Origin: a virus
Length of the DNA stretch: 64,000 bases
Reading direction: 5' to 3' (one strand)
Virus record (IMG/VR): IMGVR_UViG_2695420886_000004
The notes under the pieces are model-generated. The model was not told the DNA's origin. It did not search any database and was given only the letters and a program-made list of their open reading frames with translations. The translations under genes were made by a program, and so were the position numbers. Shown in pieces: positions 9,207 through 18,184 of this stretch (position 1 is its first letter; each line of letters starts with the position of its first letter).

Positions 9207-9457
9207 AACGGGTTCGGGTGTCTGATCATGCGGTGCTGCGCTACCTGGAGCGGCAGGGCGGTTTCGAGATCGAGAAACTGCGCCGGTCGATCGAGCTGCG
9301 ATTGACGCCGCTGGCGCAGACGGGCGCGCCGCGCATCAAGCTTGATGGCATCGTGTTCGTGCTGCGGCGGGACGCAGATGGCGGCAGGACGGTGGCAACC
9401 GTGCTTGACCCCCAAAACGCTGTGCCGCGGATCGAGCGGGACGCCCCCCATGACTGA
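9203..9457 (+). CDS. conserved small protein (SDHAVLRYLER)
   Basis: ATGA overlap with MTase; beta-rich C-terminus ending ATVL. Confidence 0.65.
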   Translation: MKRVRVSDHAVLRYLERQGGFEIEKLRRSIELRLTPLAQTGAPRIKLDGIVFVLRRDADGGRTVATVLDPQNAVPRIERDAPHD

Positions 9458-9842
9458 TCGCGCGGCCCCGGCCACTCCGGCCCATGTCGAGCCTTTCGTG
9501 CGCGTTCTGGGCGAAGACGAGGCGATCCGCTTCCTGCTGACCTTCGGCGGGGCGGAACTCTATCATGCTACCTCTCCAAAAGGCCGCTCGCGTCTGGCCG
9601 AGGAATTCGGCATCGAACGCGCCGCGGCGATTGCCCGGGCCGCCGAGCATCTGCCGCGGCGGGTGCCGCTGGCCAAGGAATGGATCGCCGCCGTCTGGTC
9701 CAATCAGGGTTTGACGGATGCCGAAATTGCCCGCAGATTGCACGTGACCGACGTCACCGTCCGCGCCTGGCGCGCGAAAAAGCCTTGGCGTGGTCTGCGC
9801 AAGGCGAAGTCTGCAGATCCCCGACAGCTCCCCCTGATCTGA
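9450..9842 (+). CDS. Mor/C-like late transcription activator
   Basis: FLLTFGGAELY, C-terminal HTH (GLTDAEIARRLHVTDVTVR); last gene before lysis block; homolog at 44948..45319. Confidence 0.75.
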   Translation: MTDRAAPATPAHVEPFVRVLGEDEAIRFLLTFGGAELYHATSPKGRSRLAEEFGIERAAAIARAAEHLPRRVPLAKEWIAAVWSNQGLTDAEIARRLHVTDVTVRAWRAKKPWRGLRKAKSADPRQLPLI

Positions 9843-9862
9843 CCCCGCAAGGTCTTGCGGAT
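9843..9862 (+). promoter_or_regulatory. late-promoter box of prophage A, copy 1
   Basis: CCCCGCAAGGTCTTGCGGAT; arms CCGCAA/TTGCGG; 19/20 identical to 18131..18150. Confidence 0.7.
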
Positions 9863-9931
9863 GTTTTGACCGCCCCCGCCGCCCGATAACGAAACTGGGG
9901 CGCGTGGCCCCATGTTTTGTGGGGATCATCC

Positions 9932-10816
9932 ATGCGTATCAGGGCGCACAAGCTTGACGGTGTCGAGTACCGGGCCGCGGCCAATATCGGCCCCGTGATC
10001 GTGCCGACGATCGTGGTTTTGCACGACACCGCGGGGCCGCTGACCAAGGGCAGTTCGGCGGCCTATCTCGCCTCGAAAAACACTGCGGGCGTGAGCGTGC
10101 ATTTCGTCGTCGAAACCGACGGCACGATCACGCAGCTGGTGCCGGTGAATCGCCGCGCCAACCATGCCGGGGCCTCGATCTACCACGGCCGGGAGTATTG
10201 CAACGGGTTCTCGGTCGGGATCGAGATCATCAACCCGGGCCGAATGGAACCGGTTGACGGCCGTGACGGCGTGATGCGCGGGCGCGCCTGGTGGGGGCAG
10301 CTCTTCGAGGACCCGGTGGGAATTCTGGGCCTTGTGCGCAAGGCGACGCCGCAGCATGGCGACGGTGTCTGGATGTCCTACCCGCAAGCGCAGATCGACG
10401 CCGTGGTGACGCTGTTGTCGGCGCTCTTCGACGGGATCAAGAGCCTCGAAGCCATCACGACGCACTGGTACGTCAGCCCCGGCCGGAAAGTGGATGTCAA
10501 CCCGCTGTTCCCGCTCGACGAGCTGCGCGCCCGGGTCTTGGGCGATCATCAACCCGAAGATGCTGACGCCATCGTGGCCTCGGAACCTGCCCCGGCGCAG
10601 CAAGAGGTTCAGGTGGCAGCTGCGGGCGGTCTGAACCTGCGCTCCTGGCCGAGCTGGAACCCGAACGTCATCACCTCGATCCCGGACGGCACGGTCCTGC
10701 CCGTCCTGCGCTCCGGCACCATCAACGGGCGGCTGTGGCATCGGGTGATCTACGGCGGCCGCGAGGGCTGGATCCTCGCCTCCTACACCAAACCCGTCTC
10801 GCAGAAAGGGGCCTGA
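9932..10816 (+). CDS. endolysin: N-acetylmuramoyl-L-alanine amidase with C-terminal SH3-like domain
   Basis: VVLHDTAG, SVHFVV, ANHAG, SVGIEI, ITTHW..SPGRKVD; LNLRSWP SH3-like repeat. Confidence 0.9.
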   Translation: MRIRAHKLDGVEYRAAANIGPVIVPTIVVLHDTAGPLTKGSSAAYLASKNTAGVSVHFVVETDGTITQLVPVNRRANHAGASIYHGREYCNGFSVGIEIINPGRMEPVDGRDGVMRGRAWWGQLFEDPVGILGLVRKATPQHGDGVWMSYPQAQIDAVVTLLSALFDGIKSLEAITTHWYVSPGRKVDVNPLFPLDELRARVLGDHQPEDADAIVASEPAPAQQEVQVAAAGGLNLRSWPSWNPNVITSIPDGTVLPVLRSGTINGRLWHRVIYGGREGWILASYTKPVSQKGA

Positions 10817-10817
10817 C

Positions 10818-11189
10818 ATGGACAACCTGCTGTCCGCACTGCAATCCGAGATCCTGCCGCTGATGCTGCAGGTGATTTCCGCCATCGTCGGCCTGATCAT
10901 CGCCTGGGCGGCCGCCACCGCGAAACAGCGCTGGGGCATCGAGATCGAGGGGCGCCACCGGGAGGCGCTGCACAGCGCCATCATGTCCGGGGTCCGGGCC
11001 GCCCTGCTGGCGCGGCTGCCGCGCGAGGCCGTGATCTCGGCCGCGCTGGACTATACGCGGGCAAGCGTGCCCGACGCGCTCAAGGCCCTGCAGCCGAATG
11101 ATGCGGTGCTGACCCGGATCGTCGCCGCGAAGCTGAAGGAGGCGCTGGACCAAGTGCCGCAAACGGCGACGGTGGGTGGCGGCGCATGA
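10818..11189 (+). CDS. holin-like membrane protein
   Basis: N-terminal TM helix directly after endolysin. Confidence 0.5.
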   Translation: MDNLLSALQSEILPLMLQVISAIVGLIIAWAAATAKQRWGIEIEGRHREALHSAIMSGVRAALLARLPREAVISAALDYTRASVPDALKALQPNDAVLTRIVAAKLKEALDQVPQTATVGGGA

Positions 11190-11551
11190 GCGGTGAGGTG
11201 CTGAACATCTCGCCCATCGTGGTCTGGGCCGTCGCGCTGTCGCAGCTGCTGACCTTCGGCCTGACGATCTGGAACCTGATGGCCTCGGGCAGCCGCGCCA
11301 ATGCCAAGCGGTTGGCCGAGCAGGCGGCGGTGCTCGATGCCCACAACCTGCGCATCACCGGCCTTGAAACCGGCCGGTCCCAGCTGCCGTCGAACAAGGA
11401 TCTGCACGAGCTCGAACTGGCTATGGAGCAGCTCAAGGGCGACATCCGCGCCATGACCGCCGCGATGACGGGGCAATCCGCGATCATGGAACGGCTCGAA
11501 CAGATCGTGGCACGGCACGAGCAACACCTTTTGGACGGGGGCAAGCGATGA
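11186..11551 (+). CDS. DUF2730-like TM/coiled-coil protein
   Basis: TM helix then coiled coil; homolog at 46860..47210. Confidence 0.72.
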   Translation: MSGEVLNISPIVVWAVALSQLLTFGLTIWNLMASGSRANAKRLAEQAAVLDAHNLRITGLETGRSQLPSNKDLHELELAMEQLKGDIRAMTAAMTGQSAIMERLEQIVARHEQHLLDGGKR

Positions 11552-11847
11552 CCGATTACCTGAAGACCATCAATCGGCACCGGCGGCTGGCGATCCTGCG
11601 CCATCTGGAGGCGATTCCGGAATACACCGGCAATGCCTCGATCCTGCAGGACGTGCTGCGGGGCCTTGGGCTGACGTCGTCGCGCGACCAGATCGTGACC
11701 GAGCTGGCGTGGCTGCGCGAACAGGGCTTTGTCTCCTTCGATCCGGCGGCGGATTTTGTGGTGGTGACGGCTACGGCGCGCGGTGTCGATATCGCGCGCG
11801 GGCTTGCCACCCACCCCGAGATCCAGCGCCCCAGCCCGAGGGTCTGA
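11548..11847 (+). CDS. Mu gp26-like winged-helix protein
   Basis: RLAILRHL...ELAWLREQG..TARG; homolog at 47207..47509. Confidence 0.7.
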   Translation: MTDYLKTINRHRRLAILRHLEAIPEYTGNASILQDVLRGLGLTSSRDQIVTELAWLREQGFVSFDPAADFVVVTATARGVDIARGLATHPEIQRPSPRV

Positions 11848-11848
11848 C

Positions 11849-12388
11849 ATGCCGCCGCCCCGCAAGATCGACCTGTTGCCCCAAGAGTTGCGGAGCTGGC
11901 TTCAAGAAGAGCTGCGCGCCCGTGGCTTCGGCCAGTACGAGGAACTGGCCGAGGCGCTGAATTTTCGGCTGGAAGAAGCCGGGCTCGACCTGCGGATCCG
12001 CAAGTCGGCCATCCATGCCTGGGGCACCGAATATCAGGAGTTCGTCCGGCTGCAGGAGCAGGCGTCCGACTGGGCAAAGGAATGGCTGGGCGACATGGGG
12101 ATGGAAGACCAGGCGCAGCGCCAGAACGTGCTGTTCCAGATGCTGACCACGCTCGCGTTCAAGGTGATGCAGGCCGAGGTGTCCAAAGAGGGCGCCGAGA
12201 TCAGCCCGCAGAACCTGCACTTCCTCGCCCGGATGATGAAGGACGTCATGTCGTCGTCGGGCATCGTCCAGGCGATGCAGGAGAAGGAGAAGAAGGCGCA
12301 GGCGGCCAAGCTCGATGCTGCCGTCACCACCGGCGACATCGACGCCGAGGCGGCCGAGAAGGCCCGGCGTATTTTGGGGTTCGCGTGA
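11849..12388 (+). CDS. DUF3486/Mu gp27 small terminase-like protein
   Basis: PRKIDLLP..LRSWL...KSAIH pattern; position before large terminase. Confidence 0.83.
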   Translation: MPPPRKIDLLPQELRSWLQEELRARGFGQYEELAEALNFRLEEAGLDLRIRKSAIHAWGTEYQEFVRLQEQASDWAKEWLGDMGMEDQAQRQNVLFQMLTTLAFKVMQAEVSKEGAEISPQNLHFLARMMKDVMSSSGIVQAMQEKEKKAQAAKLDAAVTTGDIDAEAAEKARRILGFA

Positions 12389-12519
12389 TGACGCTCTGGG
12401 ACAAGCTCTGCATCCACGCCTGTTACCACTGGTGGAACCCGATCGGTCTCATTCTCAATGACGACTGGGTCGAGGAGGTGTGGCGGACCTACGGTCTCGA
12501 CTATCCCGGGTGGCGGTGA
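12388..12519 (+). CDS. 43-aa Trp-rich hypothetical protein
   Basis: TGATG coupling at both ends. Confidence 0.45.
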   Translation: MTLWDKLCIHACYHWWNPIGLILNDDWVEEVWRTYGLDYPGWR

Positions 12520-12737
12520 TGGCTCGAAAATCCACCGCCCGATTCCGCTTCGTTCGGCCTGATGGAACGAAATCCCCCCGGCCGTACAAGACGAGAGGCG
12601 GGGCCATTCGCGCGGCGGTCAAGGACAAGTTCTCGAACGGCGGCGTGACGGTTTCCGGCAATGCGGAGTTCATCAACTTCGCCTGGGCGCAATTGATGCC
12701 CGAGTGGCAAATCAGCCGCGAGCTGGTGGCCGCATGA
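12519..12737 (+). CDS. 72-aa basic hypothetical protein
   Basis: Coupled to upstream ORF and terminase ATG. Confidence 0.5.
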   Translation: MARKSTARFRFVRPDGTKSPRPYKTRGGAIRAAVKDKFSNGGVTVSGNAEFINFAWAQLMPEWQISRELVAA

Positions 12738-14158
12738 GCGCCGTCAACCCGATCTCGCCCGTCGTGCAGTTCCTGCCCTATCAACGGGCGTGGATCGCCG
12801 ACGACTCGCGCTTCAAGATCGGCATGTTCTCGCGCCAGACCGGCAAGACGTTCTCGACCTGCGGCGAGTGCGTCGATGATTGCTTCACCGCCTGGAAGGA
12901 CGATCGCAAAACGCGCTGGGTGATCCTGTCGCGCGGCGAGCGGCAGGCGGCCGAGGCGATGACCGAGGTGATCAAGCCGTTCACGAAGGCCTTTTACGAG
13001 GTCTACAATACCCTTGTGAAAGGCGGTGAACCCCGCTTTGAAGAGGGCGAGTTTCGCGCGCCCCAGGAGCGCGGGCCGGACGCTGTCTACAAGGCGCTCG
13101 AAGTCGCGTTCCCGAACGGCTCGCGCATCACGGCACTGCCCGCCAACCCCGACACCGCCCGCGGCTTTTCCGCGAACGTGATCCTGGACGAATTTGCATT
13201 TCATGCAAAGAGCCGCGAGATCTGGGCCGCGCTCTTCCCCGTGATCTCGAAGGGGCGGCAGAAGCTGCGGGTGATTTCGACTCCGAACGGCAAGGGCAAC
13301 AAGTTCTATGAGCTGATGACGGCCGAGGGCTCGGTCTGGTCACGCCACATCGTCGATATCTACGAGGCGGTGCGCCAGGGCCTTGACCGCGACATCGACA
13401 TGCTGCGCGCCGGGATGGCGGACGAGGATGCCTGGGCGCAGGAATACGAACTGAAATGGCTCGACGAGGCCAGCGCCTGGCTCGATTACGATCTGATTTC
13501 GGCTTGCGAAAGCAACAGTGCGGGCATCCCCGAGCTTTACATGGGCGGGCCGTGCTTCGTCGGCGTCGATATCGCGGCCCGCAACGACCTGTTTGTCATC
13601 TGGGTGCTGGAGCTGGTTGGCGATGTGCTGGTGACCCGGGAGGTGATCGCCCGGCGCCGGATCTCGTTTGCCGAACAAGACGCGCTGCTGGATGACGTGA
13701 TGGCCCGCTATCGCGTCGTGCGGGTGCGGATGGACCAGACCGGCATGGGCGAAAAGCCGGTCGAAGATGCCAAGCGCCGCCACGGGCAGCTGCGCGTGGA
13801 AGGCATCCTGTTCTCAAGCGCGGCCAAGCTCGACATGGCGACGGCGCTCAAGGAGAGCCTGCAGGATCGCAAGACCCGCCTTCCGGCCGGGGACCCGGTG
13901 CTGCGCGCCGATCTGCACTCGGTCAAGAGCCAGGTGGGGATCAGCGGCACGCGGCGGCTGGTGGCGGATGGCGAAAGCGACGGCCACGCGGACCGCTTCT
14001 GGGCGGCTGCGCTGGCCTGTTCGGCCGCGCAGGGGGGCACGCCGACCTACAGCTATCGGCCGGTGACGCAGGCAGAAACCGCGGGTCAAGGGCTTGGCTT
14101 TGGCAGCACTGACGGTTGGCGCCGCCCGCTTGGGGCGCGTCTGCGCGGGCGGTTGTGA
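12734..14158 (+). CDS. terminase large subunit (Mu gp28-like)
   Basis: FLPYQ, SRQTGKT, VILDEFAFH, ISTPNG, GVDIA, GHADRFWA. Confidence 0.93.
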   Translation: MSAVNPISPVVQFLPYQRAWIADDSRFKIGMFSRQTGKTFSTCGECVDDCFTAWKDDRKTRWVILSRGERQAAEAMTEVIKPFTKAFYEVYNTLVKGGEPRFEEGEFRAPQERGPDAVYKALEVAFPNGSRITALPANPDTARGFSANVILDEFAFHAKSREIWAALFPVISKGRQKLRVISTPNGKGNKFYELMTAEGSVWSRHIVDIYEAVRQGLDRDIDMLRAGMADEDAWAQEYELKWLDEASAWLDYDLISACESNSAGIPELYMGGPCFVGVDIAARNDLFVIWVLELVGDVLVTREVIARRRISFAEQDALLDDVMARYRVVRVRMDQTGMGEKPVEDAKRRHGQLRVEGILFSSAAKLDMATALKESLQDRKTRLPAGDPVLRADLHSVKSQVGISGTRRLVADGESDGHADRFWAAALACSAAQGGTPTYSYRPVTQAETAGQGLGFGSTDGWRRPLGARLRGRL

Positions 14159-14175
14159 TGAAGGGAGAATAACCA

Positions 14176-15804
14176 ATGGCGCGTCTTCTGGGGCCTGACG
14201 GGCGGCCCGTCGATATGGTGACGCTGAAATCCGAAATCGCCGGGGCGAAGATGGCCACCGTGCGATCGCCGCTCTCGTCCTATCCGGCGGATGGGCTGGA
14301 GCCGGTGCGGCTGGCCAATATCCTGCGCGAGGCGGATGCGGGGCATCCGGTGCGCCAGCTGGAACTTTACGAGGCAATCGAGGAGCGCGACCCGCATTAC
14401 ATCGGCGTGCTGGGCACCCGGCGCCGGTCGGTCAGCCAGATCCCGATCACGATCGAGGCGGCCTCGGACAGCCCCGAGGACGAGGCCCGGGCGCAGATGG
14501 TGCGTGACTGGCTGGCCCGGGATGAGCTGACCGAAGAGGTCTTCGACATCCTCGATTGCATCGGCAAGGGCTACAGCTTCACCGAAATCGTCTGGGACAC
14601 CTCCGAGGGGCAATGGATGCCCGCCAAGCTGGAGTGGCGTGACCCGCGCTGGTTCCGCTTCGATCGGCTGGCGATGAAGGAGCCGATGCTGATCACCGGA
14701 TCGCTGGCCGAAGAGCCCTTGCCCTGGGGCAAGTTCATCTTCGCGAAGATCGCCGCCAAGTCCGGTCTGACGCTGCGCTCCGGCCTGACCCGCGTCGCGG
14801 CTTGGGGCTGGATGTTCAAGATGTTCACGGTCAAGAGCTGGCAGATTTTTACGCAAAATTATGGTCAGCCCATCCGCGTCGGGCGGTTTTCGCCACAGGC
14901 CACCGATGAGCAGCAGGAGACGCTTTATCGGGCCGTCGCAAATATCGCGGGGGACTGCGCCGCGATCATCCCCGAGGACATGCAGATCGAATTCATCGAG
15001 TCCGGCAACTTGGGGCCAGCGTCTGGCCTCTACCGCGAGAGCGTGGACTGGCTCGACCAGCAGATCTCCAAAGCCGTGTTGGGACAGACCGCGACCACGG
15101 ATGCGGTGGTTGGCGGGCTCGGATCCGGCAAGGAACACCGCGCCGTTCAAAAGGATATTGAAACCGCCGATGCCAAGGCCTTGGCCGCGATCCTGAATAG
15201 GGATTTGATCCGGCCCTGGATGCAGCTCAACTTCGGGCCGCTGAAGCGCTACCCGCGGCTGAAGATCGAGCAGCCGGAACAGGAAGACCTCAAGGCGCTG
15301 GCCGAGGCGATCGTGCCGCTGATCGATCGCGGGCTTGAGGTCGAGCAGGCGACGATCATGGGCCGGTTCGGCCTGCCCGAACCGAAACCGGGGGCGAAAC
15401 TGCTGCGGCCGCAGTCGGATGCGGCATCCGCACCAACCGGCAGCCCGCCGCCAGCGCCGTTGAACGGTCAAAGCGCCGTTTTTGAACGGTCTGCGCCTCT
15501 GGCGGGGATCACGACAGCCCTGCAGGCGGAAGGCGCGTCTGCGGCGAAGCCACGCGAGGGGTCGAATGACGCCGCCTCGGCGCTTGGCGACCGGGCCGCG
15601 ATCGAGGCGCAAGCGCCGATGGAAGCGATGCTGGGCCAAATCGAGGCGATGCTGCAGACAGCGGGCAGTCTGGAAGAATTCCGGGCGATGTTGCTGGCCG
15701 CGTTTCCGATGCTCGACAGTGGCCCGCTGGCCGGTGTGCTGTCCCAGGCGCTGACGGTGGCGAATGCGACCGGGCGGGCGGATGTCGAGGCCGAGAATGG
15801 CTGA
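14176..15804 (+). CDS. portal protein (DUF935/Mu gp29)
   Basis: EERDPHY, QISKAVLGQTAT; strongly similar to 52014..53654. Confidence 0.93.
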   Translation: MARLLGPDGRPVDMVTLKSEIAGAKMATVRSPLSSYPADGLEPVRLANILREADAGHPVRQLELYEAIEERDPHYIGVLGTRRRSVSQIPITIEAASDSPEDEARAQMVRDWLARDELTEEVFDILDCIGKGYSFTEIVWDTSEGQWMPAKLEWRDPRWFRFDRLAMKEPMLITGSLAEEPLPWGKFIFAKIAAKSGLTLRSGLTRVAAWGWMFKMFTVKSWQIFTQNYGQPIRVGRFSPQATDEQQETLYRAVANIAGDCAAIIPEDMQIEFIESGNLGPASGLYRESVDWLDQQISKAVLGQTATTDAVVGGLGSGKEHRAVQKDIETADAKALAAILNRDLIRPWMQLNFGPLKRYPRLKIEQPEQEDLKALAEAIVPLIDRGLEVEQATIMGRFGLPEPKPGAKLLRPQSDAASAPTGSPPPAPLNGQSAVFERSAPLAGITTALQAEGASAAKPREGSNDAASALGDRAAIEAQAPMEAMLGQIEAMLQTAGSLEEFRAMLLAAFPMLDSGPLAGVLSQALTVANATGRADVEAENG

Positions 15805-17287
15805 TCTCGGCGCCAGCTTCGGCAAGCCCTTCGATCTGCAACTGGCCGCACTGCGGCTGCGGCTGGCCAATCAGGTCGGCACCGCCGCCTGGGACGATCT
15901 TGTCAAGGCGCAGCATGATCGCGCCTTTGTCGTGGCCGGGGCGATGAAGGCGGACTTGCTGGCGGATCTGGCGAAGGCGGTCGAGAAGTCGATTGCCCAG
16001 GGCACGACGCTGGAAGAGTTCCGGCGCGATTTCCGCGCGCTGGTCGAGCGGCATGGCTGGCACGGCTGGACCGGCGAGGGCTCGGCCCGGGGCGAGGCGT
16101 GGCGGACCAAGGTGATCTATCGCACCAACATGGCCACGAGCTATGCGGCCGGGCGGTGGGCGCAGCTGCTCGAGTCGGGCGTGCCTTACATCATCTACAT
16201 GCGCGGAAACGCGCTGGAGCATCGCCAAGAGCATCTGCCATGGCATGGTCTTGTGTTGCCGGTTGGACATCCCTTTTGGCGGACGCATGCCACGCCCAAC
16301 GGTTGGGGCTGCACATGCTACCTGTCGGGGGCCAGATCGCTGGACGCGGCGCGGCGGCGCGGCGGTGATCCGAACAAGGCTTTGCCCGCCGGATGGGATG
16401 CGATCGATCCGCGAACCGGCGCGCCCGTGGGCATCGACAAAGGGTGGGACTATGCGCCAGGGGCGTCGGTCGCTCAAGAACTGGCGGGGATCGTCGAGAA
16501 GAAGGCCGCCACGCTGCCGCCTCAGATCGCGAAAGACTTCAAGGACAGCATGAAGTCGATCGTGCAGGCGGGCGTAGATCCGGCGGACCAAAGCCCGAAA
16601 ACCCCGGCCGAGGCGATTGCACGCGGCAAGGCGGTGATGGCCCGACTGCGCGCGCAGGCTACCGATTTGGCCGCCGCTGAACAGGCGGGTGACCTGACGG
16701 GCGCGGCGATGGCGCTGCAGGATGCGGTGCGTGCCGAGCTGCGAAAGGTGCGCCCGGTCGGAGAGGCGCCCATCGCCCTTGTCCCCGGATCGCGCAAGCA
16801 GGCCAAGGAGGTGATGCAGTCGGTCGCCGATGTCATGCCGTCGGACTGGGTGCGGGCGGCGAATGCGATCCCCCTGAAAGTGTATGTCTCCGAAACCAAG
16901 CGCGGCGGATACCTGCCTGGCAATCCGCCGCAAATCACCACCTCGGAGTCGAGTACTGCGGTGCATGAATATCTGCACCACCTGCAGGCGGTGTGTCCTG
17001 ACCTTGATCTGCTGTTCCAGGATCTGCACCGGAAGCGCACCAAAGGCGAGCCGCTGGTCCAGATCCGCAGGGGCGAGTGGGCGCGCAAAGACCACTATTA
17101 CAACGCCTATCAAGGCCGCGAATATGCCTTCGCCAAACCAAACCCGGCGCTGGAAATGTTGACGATGGCCCTGCAACCGGTTCTGGGGTCCGATATCAAA
17201 TCGGTCCGGATGCTGCGAGATTTGATGAAAGTCGATCCCGAGATGCTTGAAATGGCGCTTGGCGTGCTTTTCTATTGGAAGGTGTGA
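15797..17287 (+). CDS. long MuF (gpF) head protein with C-terminal HExxH domain
   Basis: MuF core (AFVVAGA, YRTNMATSY, PNGWGCTC) plus ~250-aa extension containing AVHEYLHH...EML. Confidence 0.88.
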   Translation: MADLGASFGKPFDLQLAALRLRLANQVGTAAWDDLVKAQHDRAFVVAGAMKADLLADLAKAVEKSIAQGTTLEEFRRDFRALVERHGWHGWTGEGSARGEAWRTKVIYRTNMATSYAAGRWAQLLESGVPYIIYMRGNALEHRQEHLPWHGLVLPVGHPFWRTHATPNGWGCTCYLSGARSLDAARRRGGDPNKALPAGWDAIDPRTGAPVGIDKGWDYAPGASVAQELAGIVEKKAATLPPQIAKDFKDSMKSIVQAGVDPADQSPKTPAEAIARGKAVMARLRAQATDLAAAEQAGDLTGAAMALQDAVRAELRKVRPVGEAPIALVPGSRKQAKEVMQSVADVMPSDWVRAANAIPLKVYVSETKRGGYLPGNPPQITTSESSTAVHEYLHHLQAVCPDLDLLFQDLHRKRTKGEPLVQIRRGEWARKDHYYNAYQGREYAFAKPNPALEMLTMALQPVLGSDIKSVRMLRDLMKVDPEMLEMALGVLFYWKV

Positions 17288-17294
17288 GGTTCAG

Positions 17295-17627
17295 ATGTCG
17301 AAGACGCGCGTCATTGCTGTTCACGACCACCCGCGCGGCGCGGGGCGGATCGAGTTTGACATCGACTTCGCAACGGGGACAATCGACGGGTTGGTTGTCG
17401 ATCCGGCTCACGAGGCCTACGTCCGGTCAGTCCTGAATGACCTGTCTGCCCATCCGGATGAGCCCGCGCATTTTGCCTGGCAGCAAAGCTACCCCGCACC
17501 CGATCCGATGCATGTGCCCAAGTCCATGGCGTGGCAACTGATGGCGATCGGCTGGACGCTGGAAGGCGAGCTGGCGAAATATCCGCCCCCCGAAGCCGAT
17601 CCTCTGCCCGACGGCGCACTGTCGTGA
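17295..17627 (+). CDS. hypothetical protein, candidate MuF immunity
   Basis: 110 aa, directly after MuF and overlapping gpG; no equivalent in prophage B. Confidence 0.6.
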   Translation: MSKTRVIAVHDHPRGAGRIEFDIDFATGTIDGLVVDPAHEAYVRSVLNDLSAHPDEPAHFAWQQSYPAPDPMHVPKSMAWQLMAIGWTLEGELAKYPPPEADPLPDGALS

Positions 17628-18079
17628 TCACCATCGAATTCCGTGACGGCGAGATCCTGGCGGGCATCGACCGGCTCCAGGATCAGCTGGGCGACATGAC
17701 CACGTTCATGGGCGACCTTGGCGAGCTGCTGGTGGCCTCGACCAAGGCACGATTTCCGGCAGGTACGGCTCCGGATGGCACGGCCTGGGCTGCGAACTCC
17801 GCAGCGACGTTGGCGCGCAAGACCGACAGTCGGCCGCTCTTTGGCACGTCCGGCAGCCTCAACAGCCAGATTTTCGCGACGGCTGGCGCAGATTTCGTGC
17901 AGGTCGGGTCGAGCCGCGTGCAAGCCGCGATGATGCAGTTTGGCGGCACGAAAGACCGCTGGCCGCACCTTTGGGGTGATATCCCTGCGCGGCCCTATCT
18001 GGGCCTCTCGGACGAGGACAAGGATAACATCCTGGCCGAAACCCGGGATTGGCTGAGCGGCGCGTTTACCGGCGATTGA
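17624..18079 (+). CDS. virion morphogenesis protein (Mu gpG)
   Basis: F..GTAPDG..W, AAMMQFGG, IPARPYLG. Confidence 0.88.
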   Translation: MITIEFRDGEILAGIDRLQDQLGDMTTFMGDLGELLVASTKARFPAGTAPDGTAWAANSAATLARKTDSRPLFGTSGSLNSQIFATAGADFVQVGSSRVQAAMMQFGGTKDRWPHLWGDIPARPYLGLSDEDKDNILAETRDWLSGAFTGD

Positions 18080-18130
18080 CAGCACCCCCATTGCCCGCGC
18101 AGGCTGCGCGGGACAGGCTTGATCTGACCA

Positions 18131-18150
18131 CCCCGCAAGGTGTTGCGGAT
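18131..18150 (+). promoter_or_regulatory. late-promoter box of prophage A, copy 2
   Basis: CCCCGCAAGGTGTTGCGGAT upstream of protease gene. Confidence 0.7.
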
Positions 18151-18184
18151 TATTTGGCCCCGTCTTTGCCGCCATTGTGTCGGC

